Source: Eledone cirrhosa
Taxonomy: Eukaryota
Length of the DNA: 64,000 bases
Direction: 5' to 3'
NCBI GenBank assembly: GCA_964016885.1
Contig: OZ024758.1
Span: 8,370,001-8,434,000 of the forward strand
Shown in pieces: positions 50,601-60,752 of this stretch (position 1 is its first letter; each line of letters opens with the position of its first letter). Below the pieces are notes generated by a model that worked only from the letters and a program-made list of their open reading frames with translations, was not told the origin of the DNA and ran no database searches. The position numbers and the translations under genes were made by a program.

Positions 50601-53600
50601 AAATATAACATGTCATGTAAATTCTGTTTTCTTCATCATCATAATCATTAGATGGGTTGTCATAAGACAAGTCAGGTCGAGAGACCACATCTTGTTTGTA
50701 CAGATCTGTAGTTTGGCTTAGTTTCTACAGCTGGAGACTCTTCCTAATATCAACCATGGTACAGTGTGGAGTGGATGCTTTCTATTGTGGCAACAAAATG
50801 ACCACCTTAGAGGGTGGACTGGGCACTTTCTGTCCTCACACCGGCATGACCACCTTACAGGGTGGACTGGATGCTTTTTTTTGTGGTGTAACCAGCATGA
50901 CCACTTTACAGGGCAGACTGGGCATTTTTTTATGTGTCAACAGTACAACTTTACAAGGTGGAGTTGGGTTTTTTTTTGTCATGTTGCCAGCACAACCACC
51001 TTTCAGGGCAGACTGAGTGCTTTTTTCCATTTCACCAATGGACTTGGTTTGAGAAACTGTGGCTGACATCCTTTTAACTCTACTGTATTTCAAATGAAAG
51101 ACATTGTTTATGATTCTCAAATAATGAGTGTATTTTATCATGGCACAGCACTTGTTCCCAACTAAATAATGCCTTCTACCTGGCGTTGTCTCAAAATGAA
51201 TGAGTATACAATGGAAACAGATGATAAATCCTGAGCTATAGATGGATGGTATCTTCAGTAGAGAGACCAAAGAAAACGAGGGAAAAAAATTAACTAGAAT
51301 ATTTTAATGAGTGACATAAGATTAATATGTTGGTTTGCAGACCCATGTAACTGATACCATCTGAAGTAACTGACTGTTAAAACAGCAGATGTCACATATT
51401 CTAACTATCTCTTATATTGGAGGTCTTCAGAGATTTTGCCAAATATTTAAAAAGGGGCCCAAGTCCACACTGTAAAGTGGTCGTGTTGCCACAATAAAAA
51501 GCAGCCAGCCTACACTGCAAAATGGTTTTTTTGGTACCTTGATGAAAGGCACCCAGTCTACACTGTAAAGTGGTCGTTTTGGTACCTTGATGAAAGGCTC
51601 TCAGTCTACACTGTAAAGTGGTCGTTTTGGGGCCTTGATAAAAGGCACCCAGTCTACACTGTAAATATGGTTGGCATTAGGGAGGGCATCCACCTGTAGA
51701 AACCAGGCCCAAATCAATTCAGTATAAGCAGGACAGTAATCTGCTATGGCTTGGCTTACATATGGACAACTTGTCTAACCCATGCTAATGTGGAAAAATA
51801 GACATTTGATGGTGATGATGATGATTTTTCCTTCACTGAAAATATATATACACACACATATATAATTAGTTTATACACTATCATCAAATAATTGTTTTTG
51901 TTAATTACTAATTTTCTAGAAGAGAAGGACAAGATATAGATGATGATGAAGAGGAGGATGAAGAGTATTCAATGCTCGTTGACACTTCAGCTTCAAAAAC
52001 GAAACAACCAAAGCCATTAGCAAGACAAATACAACAATTAACTACGTAAAGACATGATTTATTTACTCATTTTTCAATTTCATTTCTATTATGTAAACTT
52101 AAATTTCAAATGTAAAAACTTTCCTCAAACTTTTTACTCAATTTTATTAGAAAAATCTAAAATTTTAATTACATAAAAATAATAAAGAATTTAATATTTA
52201 CTCAAACAAAGAAAAAAGAGGGAAAAGGGCAAGGATTGTTAAGCAACGAAAGAAAGGGAGAAGGGGAAAAGATGAGAGACTGCACACCTAAGTCAGAGGG
52301 GTGTTTTGGCTGCATTTCAAGGGATTTTTTGATATATTGATACAACGATAATTTCTGTTCAGGATTGTTTAAAATAGTCCCTAGAAAATATTTTCTCCAA
52401 TGGGCCGATGGATAAATTTTAAAACTTGTAGTTCTTGTTGTTTATATTTTCTCTCAATTGGTCTGTAGTGAACCAACTGCTCCACCAATACATGAAGCTC
52501 CTGTTCAAATAATCCGAGAAGTTATTGAACCACAATCTTTGAAAGATGTAAGTATGAGCTTTCAGTCTGTGTGTATTATCATCATTGTCATTACTGAAGC
52601 GAGGCTGCTGATCTCCCAGACAGGGATCTGTCGTCTTGCTTATGTAAGGTCTCATGTTTTACTGAGTGCACAGGAGAAGTTGTCATGTCTTTGACACAAC
52701 AGAAGGGTCCTTCCAACCCTTTGTTTGGCAATCTTTCTACAGCTAGATGACCTTCCTATCACCAACCACTTTACAGCATGTACTGGGTGCATTTATCATG
52801 TAGATCACCAACATTAGGGAGGCTGTCATGTCCTTGACTTGACAGGAGGGTCCTCTCAACCCTTTGTTTGACACATGTTCTATGATTACATGACCTTCCA
52901 ACCATTTTACAGCGTGTACTGGTTGTGTTTATCATAGAGATCACCAACATTAGGGAGGCTGTCATGTCCTTGACACGACCGAAGGGTACTCTCAACCCTT
53001 GTTTGGCAAGTTTTCTACAGCTGGATACCCCTCGTATCACTAACCACTTTACAGCATGTACTGGGTTTATTTATCATGTAAGATCACCAACATTAGTGAT
53101 GTAAATCAAGTAAAATATCTTCAACTAAATATCAAGATTGGACATAAGATTCTGTTGTCTTGAACTTGTTTGTTACTAACATATTTTAACTGTTTAATAT
53201 TTCTTTTTTCCTGAAATAATCTTTTTGTCCATTTCTGTCTATTTCCATATTTTTAATATTTCTTCCATCTATATTTTTCTGTATTGTAGATTCAATCCAT
53301 GCTTTCTACTGTTAACAATAAGTTAACACGATTTGAGTTGCTCTCTCAGCAAATGCAAGAACTGTTTATACAACAACAACAGCTGTTGAAACAGCAAGCA
53401 GCTTTACAACAAATGACAAAGGTTGCTGTTACTTTACCAGTTCTGGAGCAGCATTTAAAAAGTATGGAGAATCGAATGTCTGGACACATTGAACGTTTAA
53501 TGCACCAACAGTCACAAAGAGAACGTATCCTTAAAGATTATACTTGCTAAACGTAACAAATTGTGGGTCCCAAATATTTGTATTGTTTTTTTTAATGACA

Positions 53601-56600
53601 CAGTCTTATCTGCATCCAGCTTTGCTGGCTTTGTTTGAATGCTTCCGCCATTCCCTAAGTTTAACTTGATGCCAAAATGTGTTCAAGAAAAATTGATAAA
53701 GAATGTTCACAAATATCTGATGAAGTATTCTAGGACAACTTAAAATACAGATAATCTTGTCCGTATTGTAAAGTCTACCACTTCTTGATGGAAAAAAATA
53801 TATCGTATATTTGAATTATCATCATCACGGTTTTACATCTGTTTTCCATGTTTGCATGGGCTAAACAAGTCAGATGACTGCAACATGCTTATACATTTCA
53901 TTCCAGCATGCATTCTGCAATTGGATGCCTTTTCTAATGTCAACCATTTCACTATGTACTGGGTGTGTTTATTGTGGTAGTGCTACTACCACTTGACAAG
54001 GTAAACTGGATGCTTTTTATTGTAGAACATACACTACCACTTTATAGTGTGGGATGGGTGCATTTTATCATGTCATCAGCACTACCACTTTATAGTGTGG
54101 GCCAGGTGTATTTTATCATGTCATCAGCACTACTACTTTACAGAGTGGGTTGGGTGTATTTTATTGAGGTACCAGCACTATACTGGTTCAATGAAATGTA
54201 ATTTCCCTTAACTATCCAGACCAAAGATATCAGGAGATCTTAAATGAAACTCAGTCATATGACAAAAAACACGAAGCTCTAGTGAATACACTTTGGCAGG
54301 CTGTGGACACGACTCTTAGAAAAAACCTTGAAGTTATGATCAAAAGTGAGATGAAAAACAATGTTCTTCCAAGTGAGTAAACTATATTTATTTATTCAGA
54401 TGATAGTGTTGAATGAAATTATACCAAAGCCTTGGATGTTGGCTATAGATTCATCATCATCTTTTAATGTTTATTTTCCACGCTAGCATGAGTTAGATGG
54501 GTTGTCCCGTTTGAGGAAAATCGGGACTGGTAACCGTTTCTTGCTAATACATAACTGCCACCAGCTCTAGAGAGGTTGTCTTACTGGACTCAGGGGCCCT
54601 CTCTACCCCTCCATTTTACAGCATGGACTAGGTGCTTTTATTCGTGCCAATATAAATCTTAAGAATGATTGAATCAGGCTATAAAAGCAGCTAAGAATCT
54701 GAAGCACCAAGAATCTATGAGAATTGAATTAGATCTGAATGTTTTGGTTACCAGAATAGTAGATCTAACAAATATTTGATTTGAACTTGGTTTGGAGAAT
54801 TAATACATTTCATTATATAAAAAGGGGGCCTTGTGCCAAAAGTAGAAAAAATAATTTAAAAAAAGTGGGTGGATATACTTCCCATCAAGAAGGGCAAACA
54901 AATGGGCTGGCCACATCTTTTATTTCAGAGACAACAAATGGACTATTAGAATGACAGAGTGGACATCAAGTCAGTGCAGAAGAACCAGATGACGCGATGA
55001 TCTAACCCGATACTTTGGCCGAACATGGCCAGACTTAGGAAGCGGTGGCAGTCAACCAGGGAAGGATTCCTCCAATAGAAGTGGGAAGGTCTTGGATTTT
55101 GGATACTTTCCATTCTAATTCCAGCATTTAAAATATATGCAAACATAATGAAATACATAGGAGGATTAATAAAAAGTTTATATAATGTGATTGGTTTCAC
55201 GTTAGGATTCAAGTTTCTTTGATTTACATTTTAAAGCATTTTTCTTGTATTACTAGCCATGCTGCAGTCATTGGAATCTATCAAGATGGATTTGACAAGA
55301 GATGTGGCCCAGAAATTAACTGCTTCTGATGCAATTCTTAAAGAAAATCTTGCCAAGCTTGTTCGGAATAGAGTGAGTATTAAACTGTTTTATTTATTTT
55401 TTGGTTTTGTTTTTTTAAAAATAATTTTATATTGTTTTGATAATCTGAGCATAAAACTGTAACCAGTCCACACTGTAAAGTAGTTGTGTTGGTGTCACAG
55501 CAATAAAATACCCAGTCCAGACTGTAAAGTGGTCACTTTAGTGCCACGATAAAAATCACCCACTTTGACAAGTGTATTGGGTGTACCTTATCATGGCACC
55601 AACACCACCACTTTACAGAGTATACTGGGTGTATTTTATCATGGCATCAACACCACCACTTTACAGAGTGTACTGTAAATATTGCATGTTGTTTAATATA
55701 TAAAGTTTGCAAATATTTAATACTGTTTCAGTAATGGCAACAATGAACTAAATAGTCTACTGGGTTTACTGATTCTGTTTCTAATCCAGGGAATCATTGA
55801 ACCACATTTTATATTGCCTAATTCCCTTGGATTTTTGAAAATAGAAATCACAAGGTACTACAGGAAGAAATTTGCAATCATCTTTACCTTTATAGTTTTA
55901 TTAACTCATTAATTTTTTACTATTTTGCTCTTGAGAGGTCATGTTAAGTCATTTTCCATTTATAAACTGCCATAATTTTTACTTTTTTTTAGCAAACTAT
56001 TGAAGCTATTGGGTCATCAGTTGGAGCTGCTATTGAACTTCCCATTCAAACAGCATATCGAGAATCATTTCAGAATATTGTCATCCCTAATTTTGAAAGA
56101 ACCTCTCAAAATATGTATAACCAGGTACATGACACATTCCAGAAAGGAACCAAAGAATGTAAGTTGACAATAGGTTATGCTTCATTAACTGGCTTTATTT
56201 GAAATTAATAGAAATGATTTGAAAACTCAATGCAAGAATAGCTGTTAAAACAACCAAATGCTGTCAGTGACAGTGTGTAAGTCTGGTAAAAATACCTGGA
56301 GAAGAGATGAGTTCCACCAAGTTTTGAAATGTCCTAGAAACACCATATGTCAATATGACACTCCTAAGACTCCCTCAGGAGTTACAGGTTCATACATATC
56401 ACATATTTATTTGTGAAATTCCATACTTATTGTTTTCTTTTTCTTTAAGATTTGCTTCAGCTTCAGCAACATTTAGAAGTTGGTCGTCGAAGGCAAATGG
56501 AAGTTTGTGATCCTGTTGTTGCTCAGTTGCAGTCGACTGTTGAGATTTTTAAGGGATCAACTGAACACCTACATACTCACTTGTTATCAGTTTTGGAGAA

Positions 56601-59332
56601 GAAACTAGAAACTGTTGTTTCACAATCAATGAAAGGGTAATCTATTTTTTTTTTTATTTATAACAATATTTCTTTCCTCAACATAAATACACAAATTATC
56701 ATATATACTTGAATATAAGCCGACCCCCAACCCCACTATTTTATGTCTGAGAAATGGGCAAAAATCCAAACCTTATTTATGAAGAATTTGAAGGTGGGGA
56801 AAATTGTCAAAATATTGACCCCACCATCGCTTCTTTTTTTTCTTCTTACTGCTGAATTAGAAATGTAAGTTGTTATTGAGACAGTGTGAGGTTTGAGCAT
56901 ATTGCTCCTATCATTTTTGGAGTTGCAGTTGCACCCCAAGCAATACACCACTGGTATAAGGTATGTAGTTATATACTGTGTCATATTACTACTGAACTAG
57001 AAATAGTTGTTATTGAGAGTGTGGGGTGTTATATACTGTGTCAATGTTTAGACTTGTGAGCTTTAGTCTGATAGGAGGCCAAGGACACAGAATTTCAACT
57101 CAGAATGTTCGATGGACAAAAGTGACGGTCGACATCCGATTGAAGGAAATCGACCAATCAGAACAGAGTGTAGTTTCAACTATATAAGGTTACTTGGGTG
57201 AGTTGACAAATGAGAAGAAACCAGAGTTGAACCCATCCGTATATGTTAATCATTATTGAGGGTCGGACGCCATGCTTTGCAGCACAGTTACGTCCCGAGT
57301 TCAAATCCCGCCGAGGTTAACTTTGCCTTTCGTCCTTACGAGATCGATAAAATAAAGTACCAGTAATACACTGAGATAATTGCTGGCCTTGTGCCAAAAG
57401 TAGAAACAATTATTGCTATAAATACACGTGATCTGTGTGTATCAGTGACGGGGAGTATACCAGTGTTTTCTTTCCCTTAGATTACACCTGTGGCATGGAG
57501 AGGGGGAGACAGGTATGCATGGACGACTGCAAGTCCTCCACAAAATCTTTCTACAAAGGGGAACTATGAATGTCTACTCTGTTAATCTTCTCAGCAACCA
57601 TCACTAAATCTCTGGTCATATAAAAGCAAAGTGTATTTAGTCAGTTTTTGTTTTTTTGAAAGGGTGTTGCTTTGTCATAATTTGGCCCTGTTCTGATGTA
57701 GTGGTTGCTACAAGTCTGTGAATTCCATTTTATCTTTATTTAGACTGAAAGACACTTTACTTCAACATGTACGGGAAGTTGTGAAGGATGAAGTAAACAA
57801 AGCTATGCGACTCCAGGGAAATGCCATCAGTGACAATGTATTAAGTGCAATGCGTTCGGGAGCAGTAACCCCAGTGCCTGGTACTCAAGATGTCCACTTA
57901 TTACAGAATCAGATTCTACGGCTTTTAAATCAAGGACAGATTAATGCTGCTTTCCAACAGGTGAGACCAAATTTAATTAGACTATCATTAATTGTGAGTG
58001 AGACTCAGTTTAATTAGAATATCATTAATTGTGAGTGAGACTCAGTTTAATTAGAATATCATTAATTGTGACTGAGACAAAATTTAATTAAAATATCAAT
58101 TATGAGTGAGACAAGGGTCGGACGCCATGCTTTGCAGCATAGAGTTACGCCCCTTTACGGTCTGGGTTCAAATCCCGCCGAGGTTAACTTTGCCTTTCAA
58201 TCTTACTTTCTTTAGAACAGTCTCTACAACAGGGGTGTGCAACATATTCCATTGGCGGGCCACTTTTTAACATTGGAACAACTATTAAGCACTATTCCAA
58301 AGATTCACCACAACTTCTTTCCATAACATGGAGCCCTTTAGTACAGGTCAACTGGGTAATTATAACACACATAAGCCCTTTAGTACAGGTCAACTAACAG
58401 GAAATTGTATTACGGTTACGAAAATTTTTTTAGATATGTCTACTAGGTAAAAATAAAAAACGGGCATCGCGGGCCACTCTGACTGATCTGGCGGGCCGGG
58501 TTATGGCCTGTGGGCCGCCTGTTGCACGCCTCTACTCTAGAACATTGTTTAATTCAACAGGCGTCCTCTGTAAAATTGGAACAACAGCCCATCTGAGGAA
58601 GGAACCCCATGAGGTGGTGTGGTTGTTGGAGCAGGTGTTGTAGGCCATTGTCTGCAGGAATGCAACCGAAACACTGCTCTGAACTAGTTGTAGTCTGTTA
58701 CCCTCTCCCCTTTTTTTCTTTGCATAATAATTCTTACCTTTTCCTCTCATTTATAGCATTTATAGTCTTTTGCAATGCTACTTTCTTTTTTTATGTTTGA
58801 CTAAATACTAAATTATTTATTATTTCTTACTATTTCAGGCCTTGTCTGCTGCTAACCTAGAATTGGTAATACTTACTTGTGAGAAAGCTAATCCTGACCA
58901 AGTATTTGGACAAATTCCTATCCCATTACAGCAACCTGTTCTTCTATCTCTGATTCAGCAACTATCAGCTGATATTGAAACACATACTCTATTGAAACAA
59001 AAGTAAGTTACTTCCTATGTTAGTTTCTTATGGGTGCATTACAAAAATAGTTGATTTTTATTATAAATTGTGGTCCCTGATTTCTAACTTGTAAAACTGG
59101 TATTTTTACTTGTATTATTACTAAAGAGATTTTTTATTTATTTTGCAGGTATTTAGAAGAGGCAATTGTCAGCTTAGATACAAGCAACCCAATCACTCAT
59201 GAACACAAAAGAAGTGTGCTCACTGGCCTTATCCCTAAATTGAACAGTTTCATCCACTCCCATCCAAATTCCCCTGATCGTCGATCAATCAGCAAACTCC
59301 TCATGCTCACCCAGGCACATCTTAGCAACTAA
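29497..59332 (+). CDS. EDC4: Enhancer of mRNA-decapping protein 4 (Ge-1/Hedls): WD40 domain, Ser-rich linker, C-terminal helical region; 27 coding exons, ~1480 aa
   Basis: Exons: 29497-29983, 34780-34822, 35688-35747, 36783-36894, 37829-37934, 38979-39165, 40202-40355, 40501-40715, 42310-42393, 43238-43333, 45258-45363, 45805-45979, 46145-46241, 46609-46703, 47335-47452, 48672-49053, 50295-50593, 51920-52045, 52469-52547, 53290-53524, 54220-54372, 55257-55372, 55993-56158, 56450-56636, 57744-57960, 58839-59002, 59149-59332 (4443 nt, all phases consistent, TAA). Diagnostic EDC4 motifs: GSNKVK, RTLLKDFCGRVTDLAF, WCPYIPDESED, FSPDGSALATASMDG, LHEWSPHGG, SWTCLQTIRF, SSISEFLL, LLTPDAF, AYRESFQNIVIPNFE, QGQINAAFQQALSAANL, QPVLLSLIQQLSAD, YLEEAIVSLD. 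Exons 1-3 are least certain because they are poorly conserved. Confidence 0.95.
30741..30809 (-). ncRNA. Type-I hammerhead ribozyme motif with intact core (Penelope/retrozyme-like)
   Basis: - strand reads UUUUAU CUGAUGA GGACGUACUG-acugaaaaaaacagca-CAGUACCUCU GAAA UAUAUAUA UA AUAAAA. Stem I is 6 bp, stem II is 9/10 bp, stem III is AU-palindromic and the cleavage triplet is AUA. Confidence 0.75.
31092..31147 (-). ncRNA. Hammerhead ribozyme motif; core intact, cleavage-site junction apparently 1 nt short
   Basis: - strand: UUUAU CUGAUGA AAGCACACCA-ugauuuaacu-UGGUGUCCUU GAAA UAUGU AUAAA; stem II 9/10 bp. Confidence 0.6.
31775..31840 (+). ncRNA. Degenerate hammerhead motif with G5A core mutation
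   Basis: UAUUUUAU CUAAUGA AAGCGCACCA...UGGUUACCCUU GAAA UAUAUA UA AUAAAAUA; 8-bp stem I. Inverted paralog of 31092-31147. Confidence 0.6.
34178..34718 (+). mobile_element. RTE-clade LINE fragment
   Basis: Translates to WPCSVCRKGVG...VDTFCYPGD...ARVRTGWKKFREL...KGRLYNVCIRTAMLHGSETW, with stops. Confidence 0.85.
35963..36443 (+). repeat. 48-bp tandem repeat (10 units) inside a dispersed non-autonomous element
   Basis: Unit GTGGGCTAAGTGCTTTTTGTCATGTCACCTACACAACCACTTTACAAT; related arrays at ~8270-8520, 21043-21270, 43522-43790, 50760-51030, 51460-51670 and 53955-54180. Confidence 0.9.
39166..40201 (+). other. U12-type (minor spliceosome) GT-AG intron, EDC4 intron 6
   Basis: 5'SS GTATCCTTTT. 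Branch-like TTTCCCTTAAAT (40179-40190) lies ~11 nt before the AG with no polypyrimidine tract. Splicing restores the frame GKIQ|SKLLL. Confidence 0.88.
41355..42020 (+). mobile_element. RTE-clade LINE RT fragment
   Basis: ELLYADDL (RT catalytic motif), VNLTKTKV, VDSFCYLGD, ARVRTGWKKFR; stops and frameshifts present. Confidence 0.85.
43965..44567 (-). mobile_element. RTE-clade LINE RT fragment
   Basis: MQFGFVSGK...LVRQLQEKYLAKHKPLYLTFVDLEKTFDR...QVGVH...SPLLF...ELLYADDL. Confidence 0.88.
46727..46935 (-). mobile_element. RTE-clade LINE 3' end with (GAT)n tail
   Basis: [20 protein letters not shown]; homologous to the 4861-5310 copy. Confidence 0.8.
47531..48536. repeat. 42-bp minisatellite, ~24 copies, in EDC4 intron 15
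   Basis: Unit AGTTTCTTCTCTGAAGACCTTCTGCTGTCCAGCTCTCCTGA(C/G); it explains the overlapping repetitive ORFs at 47516-48577. Confidence 0.95.
49744..49962. repeat. 18-bp tandem repeat, ~12 copies
   Basis: GTATGTGATA(C/T)AGCCATA repeated. Confidence 0.95.
53525..54219 (+). other. U12-type (minor spliceosome) GT-AG intron, EDC4 intron 20
   Basis: 5'SS GTATCCTTAA. Branch site TTTCCCTTAAC (54202-54212) immediately precedes TATCCAG. The next two downstream AGs give frameshifts, so this AG is the one that keeps the frame (QRE H QRYQ). Confidence 0.88.
58230..58534. mobile_element. hAT-type MITE (same family as 25268-25582)
   Basis: TIR CAGGGGTGTGCAAC; 8-bp TSD CTCTACAA/CTCTAGAA; internal sequence very similar to 25268-25582. 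Confidence 0.85.
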
Positions 59333-59483
59333 AACTTCAATAAATTGAGATCTTATTCACATTATTTTGCTCTCTGACCTGTACACATGGGTCACTATTT
59401 GTCAGGCCTGCTCATTGATCGCAGATGTGTATCTTGACATTTTTTTTTAATTTATACTTTTTAAGTTCGATTAGCCAATCAGT

Positions 59484-59590
59484 GATACGAACAGATCATT
59501 ATTGCTGTCAGTTAGCTGATCAATGATACAAACAGATCATTATTGCTGTCAATTAGCTGATCAATGATACAAACAGATCATTATTGCAGC
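59484..59590 (+). repeat. 41-bp tandem repeat (~2.6 copies) in the EDC4 3'UTR region
   Basis: GATACAAACAGATCATTATTGCTGTCAATTAGCTGATCAAT repeated. Confidence 0.85.
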
Positions 59591-59665
59591 TGTGATACTT
59601 AGTCAGTTTCTCTTACAATGCATCTACTAATGCAGATCTTCATGTATAGAAAACAAAAGCAAACA

Positions 59666-59671
59666 AATAAA
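59666..59671 (+). terminator. Candidate EDC4 polyadenylation signal
   Basis: AATAAA ~330 nt after the stop, with U-rich sequence downstream; another AATAAA at 59339-59344. Confidence 0.4.
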
Positions 59672-60752
59672 ATACAGTCATCACAATCAGTCTTCTCAAT
59701 ATATATGTGAAAGCTATTTTCATATCAGTATATATCTGCATGTTTTTTTTTACTTTTGCTTATTTATCTTCTCTTTGAATGTGTTTAACAAATTTGGACT
59801 GGAAAGTTAACTGGGTGTTATTAGTAAAGATTAAAAGTTTAAGCAATGAATTTTTTTCACCACTGTCCGCTAGATCGAACTGGCAGAGAAAGCCATGCTT
59901 TATGACCTTGTTAAGAGCAGCATGGAATGGAAGGCATCTGGTACTGTAGAGATGGAGGCCGAAGAAGTCTATGGTGGATCTGCAGAGCGCTCGGATATAA
60001 ACATTGAGGAGAGCAGTTCCTCAACAGAAAGAGGGCTGGGTGGGCGTCAATCATGCCCAGTCTGCTTGAGACGATTACCGGTGACCTGAGGATGAAATTC
60101 ATTGCTCTGTACTAATAGTTGCATGAATATAAAAACGAATTCCAAAAAGTGATCAAATAACCAAACGAGGAGGAGGATGCTCTGAGGCCATAGAATGGCA
60201 GAAGTTTAGGGAGTTGTTTCCTCTGTTGACAACAAAGGGTTACCTCTACGAATGAAAGGTTGGCTGCGGACAGTAACTGCGTAGGATATGTGAAGGCTGG
60301 ATGAGTTGAGAGAAAAACTATGTAATAATATATGTGTATTGCAATGGCTTACTTTCTTTAATTCACCTCTCGTGTTATGGGAGGTATCAAACTTAACCCA
60401 TGCTAGTTTGGAGAATGGATGTTATACATGTGTGTAAATTGATGTATTGAGTTTCAGCCTAAATGGTAAATATTTGCTTTTCAACACATGGCAGACTCAA
60501 AATCTTATAACTTTGATAACCCAGCAGAGGTGTAGTCTAGTGATACGCTAGACAAGATCCCAGACTTCATTTGTTTACTGAGAGGGGTGGTGGTTGTCAA
60601 ATTGGACCAAGGAAACAATGTTTCCATCGCTGATACTGGTCGTAACTCCTGGTAGGAGCAATGTGAAATAAGTGTCTGCCCAGTCCAGGAATCCAACTAC
60701 TGAGTGATACCAGTAATGAAAAAATAAATAGTAATAATTAGTTATATTATAA

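Noticed and set aside
58588-58685. CTGAGGA...CGAAAC hammerhead-like spacing in EDC4 intron 25
   Set aside because: Could not form convincing stems I or II.
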